A stretch of 4,534 nt of DNA, from positions 1 through 4,534 of the IMG/VR virus record IMGVR_UViG_2778261058_000008; one strand, written 5' to 3'. Positions 1-4,193 of the stretch are shown piece after piece; the first letter of the stretch is position 1; each line of letters begins with the position of its first letter. The stretch comes from a virus (Duplodnaviria > Heunggongvirae > Uroviricota > Caudoviricetes). The translations under genes were made by a program, and so were the position numbers. The notes under the pieces were generated by a model that did not search any database, was not told the DNA's origin, and worked only from the letters and a program-made list of their open reading frames with translations.

Positions 1-2
1 GT

Positions 3-30
3 TTGCGGGAAAAGGAGAGTTAAGTAGAAT
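3..30 (+). promoter_or_regulatory. Candidate sigma70 promoter for the hok mRNA
   Basis: -35-like TTGCGG (3-8), 16-nt spacer, -10 TAGAAT (25-30). Predicted start near 37-39 sits just upstream of the conserved 5' hairpin and gives a ~415-nt transcript ending at the 432-453 terminator, the size expected for a full-length hok mRNA. Window edge truncates the upstream context. Confidence 0.35.
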
Positions 31-43
31 TGCTGCGGGTGCT

Positions 44-60
44 TGAGGCTATCTGCCTCA
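44..60 (+). promoter_or_regulatory. 5' stem-loop of the hok mRNA (tac-like element)
   Basis: TGAGGC (44-49) pairs with GCCTCA (55-60) around a 5-nt loop. The surrounding GCTTGAGGCTATCTGCCTCA closely matches the 5' end of the plasmid R1 hok mRNA as I recall it (GCUUGAGGCUUUCUGCCUCA). Confidence 0.4.
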
Positions 61-94
61 GGCATGAACACCAAAAGGCAGATAGAGAAAAGCC

Positions 95-173
95 CCAGTT
101 AACATTACGCGTCCTGCAAGACGCTTAACATTAATCTGAGGCCCAATCTATGTCTCACAAATGTAGGTTAGCC
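95..173 (-). ncRNA. Candidate Sok-like antisense RNA (type I antitoxin); boundaries approximate
   Basis: Placed by analogy to hok/sok: antisense to the mok-like initiation region. Minus strand has weak promoter candidates (TTGCCT-17-TAACCT, or a TAAGAG -10 that is conserved with my recollection of R1) and a hairpin GCGTC-loop-GACGC (complement of 109-124) followed by a U-rich stretch. Start and end cannot be fixed from sequence alone. Confidence 0.3.
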
Positions 174-362
174 TCTTACGTGCCGAAAGGCAAGGAGAAG
201 CAGGCTATGAAGCAGCAAAAGGCGATGTTAATCGCCCTGATCGTCATCTGTTTAACCGTCATAGTGACGGCACTGGTAACGAGGAAAGACCTCTGCGAGG
301 TACGAATCCGAACCGGCCAGACGGAGGTCGCTGTCTTCGTAGACTACGAATCTAGAGAGTAA
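150..362 (+). CDS. mok-equivalent reading frame, here in frame with hok (70 codons, would give an N-terminally extended Hok)
   Basis: ATG at 150 with GAGG (138-141) 8 nt upstream. Flanking CTATGTCT and AGCCTCTTAC match the mok start region of R1 as I recall it. In R1 mok is offset +1 from hok; here the mok-ATG to hok-ATG distance is 57 nt, so the frames coincide. Confidence 0.3.
   Translation: MSHKCRLASYVPKGKEKQAMKQQKAMLIALIVICLTVIVTALVTRKDLCEVRIRTGQTEVAVFVDYESRE
207..362 (+). CDS. hokD: Hok/Gef-family type I toxin, 51 aa (small membrane peptide)
   Basis: Translation MKQQKAMLIALIVICLTVIVTALVTRKDLCEVRIRTGQTEVAVFVDYESRE: single hydrophobic helix, conserved LTRK..LCE.R motif of Hok proteins, near-identical over most of its length to HokD/RelF of E. 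coli K-12 as I recall it. SD AAGGAG (192-197) 9 nt before the ATG. Gene symbol is by similarity and position, not verified. Confidence 0.85.
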   Translation: MKQQKAMLIALIVICLTVIVTALVTRKDLCEVRIRTGQTEVAVFVDYESRE

Positions 363-371
363 GAGAGACCA

Positions 372-393
372 GGCGGGAGAGTAATCTCCCGCC
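372..393 (+). promoter_or_regulatory. 3' stem-loop of the hok mRNA (fbi-like element)
   Basis: 9-bp stem GGCGGGAGA (372-380) / TCTCCCGCC (385-393) closed by a GUAA (GNRA) tetraloop, 10 nt after the hok stop. Assignment as the fold-back element is by analogy to hok mRNAs. Confidence 0.4.
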
Positions 394-431
394 ACCTCTG
401 ATGTGTCGGCATCCTCAACGCACCCGCGCTT

Positions 432-453
432 AACCCGCTTCGGCGGGTTTTTT
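432..453 (+). terminator. Intrinsic terminator ending the hok transcript
   Basis: Stem AACCCGC / GCGGGTT with a UUCG tetraloop (439-442), followed by six T (448-453). Confidence 0.7.
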
Positions 454-528
454 GTTTTACGTATTCTGGTTTACAATCCACAGGCCAGCCTGAACAACTG
501 GCACCTGCTGCGCCAGCAGAGAAAACAG

Positions 529-801
529 ATGGCGCACAATACCAAATTACACAATTCTGATACCGTTCGTGCCAGCAGGCACGGGCGGCGCTCTCACGCA
601 TTCAAATATGACTGGTATCAGCACGATCCCTGCACTGAAGAACAGGCCGAATGGCTGATTCAGAACTACCGCAGACGTGGGTATGAGTTTAAGAAAGCCC
701 TCAACCTCGATTATCGTCACTGGATAATCTACGTCAGACTCCCTTATTCCGAACGCCCACCGCGTCCGTCCCGCACATTCCAGCAACGCATCTGGAGGTA
801 A
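529..801 (+). CDS. Hypothetical small phage protein, 90 aa, at the position Rem occupies in Qin
   Basis: ATG at 529 (weak SD GAGAAA); stop TAA 799-801 lies 1 nt before the GTG of the next gene, so the two look coupled. The longer track ORF from 403 would start inside the hok terminator and is not favoured. No recognisable motif; function unknown. Confidence 0.5.
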   Translation: MAHNTKLHNSDTVRASRHGRRSHAFKYDWYQHDPCTEEQAEWLIQNYRRRGYEFKKALNLDYRHWIIYVRLPYSERPPRPSRTFQQRIWR

Positions 802-802
802 C

Positions 803-1852
803 GTGCGGGTATTGCTTCGACCTGTTCCGGTACCGGAACTCGGGCTGGTGGTCCTTAAGCCTGGTCGTGAATCCATGCAGGTATTTCATAACCCTCGAGT
901 GCTGGTGGAACCGGAACCGAAAAGCATGCGCGGTCTGCCGTCCGGAGTCGTTCCTGCCATTCGCCAGCCGCTGGCGGAAGACAAAACATTGCTGCCGTTT
1001 TTCAGTAACGAACGGGTGATTCGTGCTGCTGGCGGCGCTGGTGCACTTTCTGACTGGCTGTTGCGTCATGTCAAATCCTGCCAGTGGCCTCATGGCGACT
1101 ATCACCACAGCGAAACCGTCATACATCGTTACGGTACCGGCGCGATGGTGTTGTGCTGGCACTGCGACAACCAGCTGCGTGACCAGACTTCCGAATCACT
1201 CGGGCAACTTGCTCATCAAAACCTGTCAGCATGGATGACTGACGTCATCCGTCACGCAATGAATGGCACACAGGAGCGGGAATTATCGCTGGCTGAATTA
1301 TCCTGGTGGGCGGTCTGCAATCAGGTAGCGGACGCATTACCGGAGGCAGTATTACGTCGTTCGCTGGGATTGCGTGCGGAAAAAATCCGCTCAATGTACC
1401 GTGAAAGCGACATCGTACCGGGAGAGCAGACCGCCACCAGCATACTGAAGCAGCGCACAAAAAATCTTGCGCCGTTGCCTCACGTCCACCAGCAACAGAA
1501 CGCACCACAGGAAAAGACGGTGGTCAGCATTGCCGTAGATCCGGAGTCTCCGGAATCTTTCATGAAGCGACCTAAACGTCGCCGTTGGGTAAATGAGAAA
1601 TACACGCGCTGGGTGAAGACACAGCCGTGTGCGTGTTGTGGCAAGCCAGCCGACGATCCCCATCACCTGATTGGTCATGGTCAGGGAGGGATGGGAACAA
1701 AAGCCCACGATATTTTCACGCTACCGCTGTGCCGGGAACATCACAACGAGCTTCATGCGGATCCGCTGGCGTTCGAAGAAAAGCATGGTTCCCAGGTTGA
1801 TTTAATTTTTCGTTTTCTTGATCACGCCTTTGCAACTGGCGTGCTTGGGTAA
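803..1852 (+). CDS. ydfU: DUF968-family phage protein, 349 aa, with a C-terminal Cys/His-rich nuclease-like motif
   Basis: GTG start at 803 preceded by GGAGG (794-798). Same length and gene position as YdfU of Qin in my recollection. C-terminus reads CACCGKPADDPHHLIGHG...LPLCREHHNELH (about 1630-1760), resembling a zinc-binding HNH-like signature. Confidence 0.8.
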   Translation: MRVLLRPVPVPELGLVVLKPGRESMQVFHNPRVLVEPEPKSMRGLPSGVVPAIRQPLAEDKTLLPFFSNERVIRAAGGAGALSDWLLRHVKSCQWPHGDYHHSETVIHRYGTGAMVLCWHCDNQLRDQTSESLGQLAHQNLSAWMTDVIRHAMNGTQERELSLAELSWWAVCNQVADALPEAVLRRSLGLRAEKIRSMYRESDIVPGEQTATSILKQRTKNLAPLPHVHQQQNAPQEKTVVSIAVDPESPESFMKRPKRRRWVNEKYTRWVKTQPCACCGKPADDPHHLIGHGQGGMGTKAHDIFTLPLCREHHNELHADPLAFEEKHGSQVDLIFRFLDHAFATGVLG

Positions 1853-1864
1853 AAGAGGTGACTG

Positions 1865-2224
1865 ATGCTCATAGATTTGGTTTTACCTTACCCGCCGACG
1901 GTGAACACTTACTGGCGACGCCGTGGCAGCACATATTTTATCTCGGAGGAGGGAAAGCGTTATCGTCGGGCTGTGGCGCTTATTGTTCGCCAGCAGCGGC
2001 TGAAATTAAGCCTGTCCGGAAGGCTGGCGATAAAGGTGATTGCAGAGCCACCGGATAAGCGTCGTCGCGACCTGGACAATATCCTGAAAGCACCACTGGA
2101 TGCGTTGACGCATGCGGGGTTGCTTATCGACGACGAGCAGTTTGATGAAATCAATATTGTGCGCGGTCAGGTCGTTCCTGGTGGTCGGCTGGGGATAAAA
2201 ATCACAGAGCTGGAGTGCGCATGA
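1865..2224 (+). CDS. rusA: RusA-family Holliday junction resolvase, 119 aa
   Basis: SD GAGGTG (1855-1860) then ATG 1865. Translation carries the RusA core PDKRRRDLDN...LIDDEQ; the three Asp at 69, 71 and 90 line up with the catalytic D70/D72/D91 of E. coli RusA. Confidence 0.9.
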   Translation: MLIDLVLPYPPTVNTYWRRRGSTYFISEEGKRYRRAVALIVRQQRLKLSLSGRLAIKVIAEPPDKRRRDLDNILKAPLDALTHAGLLIDDEQFDEINIVRGQVVPGGRLGIKITELECA

Positions 2225-2910
2225 ATAACCAGTATTTACAGTTTGTTCGTGAGCAGCTCATTATCGCCACCGCCGATTTGAGTGGGGCAACAAAAGGTCA
2301 GCTTGAAGCCTGGCAGGAGAATGCCATGTTCGATACAGGGCGTTACAGGCGTAAAAAAATCCGGTACCGCGATGAAGTGACCGGAAAAATGATCACGCGG
2401 GATAATCCACCAATCCCGGGGAAACAATCGCTGGCGAAGGGGACGTCAATTCCTCTGGTAAGTCAGGTTGAGTTTTCGACATCATCATGGCGACGGGCAG
2501 TTCTGTCTCTTGAAGAACATCATAAAACCTGGTTGTTGTGGTGTTACAGCGGGAGTATTTGCTGGGAGTATCAGGTCACCATAACCCGCTGGGCATGGGA
2601 AGAGTTTAAGGCTCATTCTGGCAACAGGAAAATTGCAGAGAAAACACGGGAGCGCCTGAAAAAATTAATCTGGCTGGCGGCACAGGATGTGAAGAGTGAG
2701 CTAGCTGGGCGTGAAACTTATGAATATCAGGAACTGGCATTACTGGCGGGAGTAACAACAAAAAACTGGTCCAAAACATTTACTGGTCACTGGGTTGCAA
2801 TGAAACACATTTTCCACCGGCTGGATAGTGAGGCTTTATTGTTTGTGATGAGAACACGCTCAGAACAAAAGACGGCATTTTCAAAGCAAAGTGTTGCAAA
2901 AGTAGATTAA
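2221..2910 (+). CDS. Late-gene antiterminator Q-like protein (Q82/Qin-type), 229 aa
   Basis: ATG 2221 overlaps the rusA stop (ATGA at 2221-2224) with GGAG 5 nt upstream; an in-frame GTG at 2215 is an alternative start. Gene lies directly after rusA, and its 3' end overlaps a promoter that is followed about 70 nt later by a terminator, the geometry of Q / PR' / tR'. Family call rests on context and general resemblance, not a search. Confidence 0.6.
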   Translation: MNNQYLQFVREQLIIATADLSGATKGQLEAWQENAMFDTGRYRRKKIRYRDEVTGKMITRDNPPIPGKQSLAKGTSIPLVSQVEFSTSSWRRAVLSLEEHHKTWLLWCYSGSICWEYQVTITRWAWEEFKAHSGNRKIAEKTRERLKKLIWLAAQDVKSELAGRETYEYQELALLAGVTTKNWSKTFTGHWVAMKHIFHRLDSEALLFVMRTRSEQKTAFSKQSVAKVD

Positions 2911-2922
2911 AAGGCATATATT
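2894..2922 (+). promoter_or_regulatory. PR'-like late promoter overlapping the 3' end of the Q-like gene
   Basis: -35 TTGCAA (2894-2899), 17-bp spacer, -10 TATATT (2917-2922); predicted start near 2929-2930. Confidence 0.45.
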
Positions 2923-2928
2923 TCGTGC

Positions 2929-2999
2929 AAATCTGATATTTTGCCGATTTTGTACTCGATGGCAAAGTAAGCAAATCCCGCCGCCGAGCGGGTTTTTTT
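2929..2999 (+). ncRNA. Short terminated late-promoter transcript, about 70 nt (analogous to lambda 6S RNA / StxS)
   Basis: Runs from the predicted PR'-like start to the T-tract of the tR'-like terminator; no ORF with an SD inside. Confidence 0.3.
2977..2999 (+). terminator. tR'-like intrinsic terminator
   Basis: Stem CCCGC (2977-2981) / GCGGG (2988-2992), 6-nt loop, seven T (2993-2999). Confidence 0.75.
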
Positions 3000-3014
3000 G
3001 TTGGCTTAACAGGT

Positions 3015-3020
3015 TATAAT
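3015..3020 (+). promoter_or_regulatory. Consensus -10 hexamer TATAAT; possible moron promoter for the MazF-like gene
   Basis: Perfect TATAAT 84 nt upstream of the ATG at 3104, but only a T-rich, poor -35 that overlaps the terminator T-tract. Confidence 0.3.
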
Positions 3021-3103
3021 GTATAGTGCGAAACTGCCTGTTCAGCAGAATCATTTTGTTTGTAGTGGAGTTCACAAGTCGTCATTATCAGGCAAAGAGA
3101 TTT

Positions 3104-3505
3104 ATGGTATTAAAGTATCAGCCGTCTGTTCGTTCTGTTTTAATGTGTGATTTTCGGGGAATGGTTGTTCCGGAAATAGTCAAGGTCAGGCCAGTGGTGG
3201 TCGTGTCCAGAAACAGGCACAACAATCAATTGGTAACAGTGGTACCAATAAGCACTACTGAACCGCTCCCTCGCAGAGATTGCCATCATGAGTTATCAGA
3301 AAACCCCATACCTGGTAATGAGCATATTACTTGCTGGGTAAAATGTGACATGTTGATGACGGTTTCATTGAGCCGACTGGATCGCATAAAAACCAGAACC
3401 TGGGAGGGACGAAATTATATTGTTCCTATGATTGCGGAAGATGAGTTTGAGAATATTAAACGGGCGGTATTGCACGGGATAGGGATGGCTTATCTGTATC
3501 GATAA
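3104..3505 (+). CDS. MazF/PemK/Kid-fold (CcdB/MazF superfamily) toxin-like protein, 133 aa, with no adjacent antitoxin ORF
   Basis: ATG 3104 with SD AAAGAGA (3094-3100). Translation SVLMCDFRGMVVPEIVKVRPVVVVSRNRHNNQLVTVVPISTTEP matches the MazF pattern (IWVDFDP...HRPAVVLS...CVPCTT) with the same 11-residue spacing between DF and RP; C-terminal region also aligns loosely. Could alternatively belong to an uncharacterised phage late-region family such as the YbcV/YdfO (DUF1398) type; I cannot tell them apart without a search. Confidence 0.6.
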   Translation: MVLKYQPSVRSVLMCDFRGMVVPEIVKVRPVVVVSRNRHNNQLVTVVPISTTEPLPRRDCHHELSENPIPGNEHITCWVKCDMLMTVSLSRLDRIKTRTWEGRNYIVPMIAEDEFENIKRAVLHGIGMAYLYR

Positions 3506-3529
3506 TCGAAAACGATTATCGAATTCGAT
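3499..3529. repeat. Palindrome cluster overlapping the stop codon of the MazF-like gene
   Basis: Perfect 10-bp inverted repeat TCGATAATCG (3499-3508) / CGATTATCGA (3513-3522) with an AAAA spacer, overlapping a 12-bp perfect palindrome ATCGAATTCGAT (3518-3529). Stop codon TAA is at 3503-3505. Confidence 0.7.
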
Positions 3530-3540
3530 ATGAATTTATA

Positions 3541-3569
3541 TTGACACACATAGTGTGTTGGCTGATACT
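3541..3569 (+). promoter_or_regulatory. Strong sigma70 promoter candidate with a palindrome in the spacer
   Basis: Consensus -35 TTGACA (3541-3546), 17-bp spacer, -10 GATACT (3564-3569), AT-rich tract upstream (3530-3540). Spacer holds ACACA-TAG-TGTGT (3546-3558), which looks like an operator. Confidence 0.5.
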
Positions 3570-3575
3570 GTCGCT

Positions 3576-3690
3576 GTACCCTGATGGGACTTGTGAGACT
3601 TCCGAACAGGAAGCCAGGAGTAGCGATGAGGTGATGACAAGCCTGCTGCCCCTGTGTAAAAGGCACCTTAATGGTGCCTTTGTCGTTTTT
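3576..3690 (+). ncRNA. Candidate small RNA, about 115 nt (about 148 nt if it reads to the second terminator at 3723)
   Basis: Defined by the promoter at 3541-3569 and the hairpin plus T-tract at 3659-3690. Only trivial ORFs inside: a 2-codon ORF after AGGAG (3616-3620) and a 25-codon frame from ATG 3634 that runs through the terminator stem and has no properly spaced SD. Confidence 0.3.
3659..3690 (+). terminator. Intrinsic terminator candidate
   Basis: Stem AAGGCACC / GGTGCCTT around loop TTAAT, then GTCG and five T (3686-3690). Confidence 0.5.
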
Positions 3691-3700
3691 ATCAAAAGAT

Positions 3701-3723
3701 CCCGCCACTGAGCGGGTTTTTTT
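3701..3723 (+). terminator. Intrinsic terminator; near-identical second copy of the tR'-like terminator
   Basis: Stem CCCGC (3701-3705) / GCGGG (3712-3716), 6-nt loop, seven T (3717-3723). ATCCCGCC...GAGCGGGTTTTTTTGT is shared with 2974-3002; only two loop bases differ. Confidence 0.75.
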
Positions 3724-3845
3724 GTGTCCTAAAAACGGCACAGGACGTTAAACGCGCTGGTGGTTGCGAATACGGGTCTTTCAGCTTGCTGGCTTTTTCG
3801 ACAAGAGTTATTGGTATGTCACGTTAACCAGAAAAGGAAAAAGAC

Positions 3846-4043
3846 ATGCTAAAACAGCAGGATATGACCGAAACTGCCAGAGTAGTGTTTAATGAATTGA
3901 GCGTCACCGAACCGGCGACCGTCGGGGAAATTGCGCAGAACACGTACCTTTCACGCGAACGCTGCCAGTTAATACTGACTCAGCTTGTTATGGCAGGTCT
4001 GGCAGATTATCAGTTCGGTTGTTACAGACGCCTTTCGCAGTGA
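3846..4043 (+). CDS. Small 65-aa protein, probable winged-helix/HTH DNA-binding protein
   Basis: SD AAGGA (3834-3838) 7 nt before ATG 3846. Segment ATVGEIAQNTYLSRERCQLILTQLVMAGL has helix-turn-helix character. Function is inferred, not established. Confidence 0.6.
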   Translation: MLKQQDMTETARVVFNELSVTEPATVGEIAQNTYLSRERCQLILTQLVMAGLADYQFGCYRRLSQ

Positions 4044-4193
4044 AGGTTTTTTTATTTGTGGTAATGGGCGGCTGGTGGGTGTTAGCGGCACCTGCCAGCC
4101 ATCTGCTCATGCGTTGGGGTCACAAGCAAACCTCAGGCCCATCTGCTTTGCGCAAAAGCGGTATGAGCCTATCAGAGAAGTGCTTATTGATCT

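Noticed and set aside
498-516. Sigma54-like GG-N10-GC spacing (TGGCACctgctGCgc)
   Set aside because: The -12 element is a poor match to TTGCA, the site is also a simple inverted repeat (CTGGC...GCCAG), and no enhancer-binding-protein context is visible. Judged a chance match.
403-801. Longer 132-aa form of the ORF starting at ATG 403
   Set aside because: That start lies inside the hok 3' hairpin and terminator region with no SD; the in-frame ATG at 529 downstream of the terminator is more plausible.
1023-1238. + strand ORF, 71 aa, inside the DUF968 gene in another frame
   Set aside because: Fully embedded in the 349-aa CDS; no independent start signals.
344-1708. Minus-strand ORFs 344-601, 547-876, 734-1162, 1245-1508 and 1391-1708
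   Set aside because: All lie antisense to well-supported + strand genes (hok 3' region, Rem-position ORF, DUF968 gene), have no convincing SD or start context, and give low-complexity Arg/Pro/Gly-rich translations typical of antisense frames.
1858-2154. ORF 1858-2058 (+) and ORF 1960-2154 (-) overlapping rusA
   Set aside because: Alternative-frame and antisense ORFs within a gene whose frame is fixed by the conserved RusA catalytic motif.
2236-3075. Minus-strand ORFs 2236-2427, 2780-2974 and 2881-3075
   Set aside because: Antisense to the Q-like gene or spanning the PR'/tR' promoter-terminator region; no start signals.
3026-3103. GTG start at 3026 giving a 159-aa version of the MazF-like protein
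   Set aside because: No SD, and it starts immediately after a stop codon inside the TATAAT region; the ATG at 3104 has a properly spaced SD and begins exactly where the MazF-like similarity starts.
2930-3103. Type III (ToxIN-like) RNA repeat array upstream of the MazF-like gene
   Set aside because: The promoter, terminator, toxin-fold gene order invites the comparison, but the interval has no tandem repeats of around 30-40 nt; only about 45 nt separate the promoter from the terminator.
3490-3741. Minus-strand ORF, 83 aa
   Set aside because: Runs through both terminators, the TTGACA promoter and the palindrome cluster; no SD. Most likely a chance ORF in a regulatory region.
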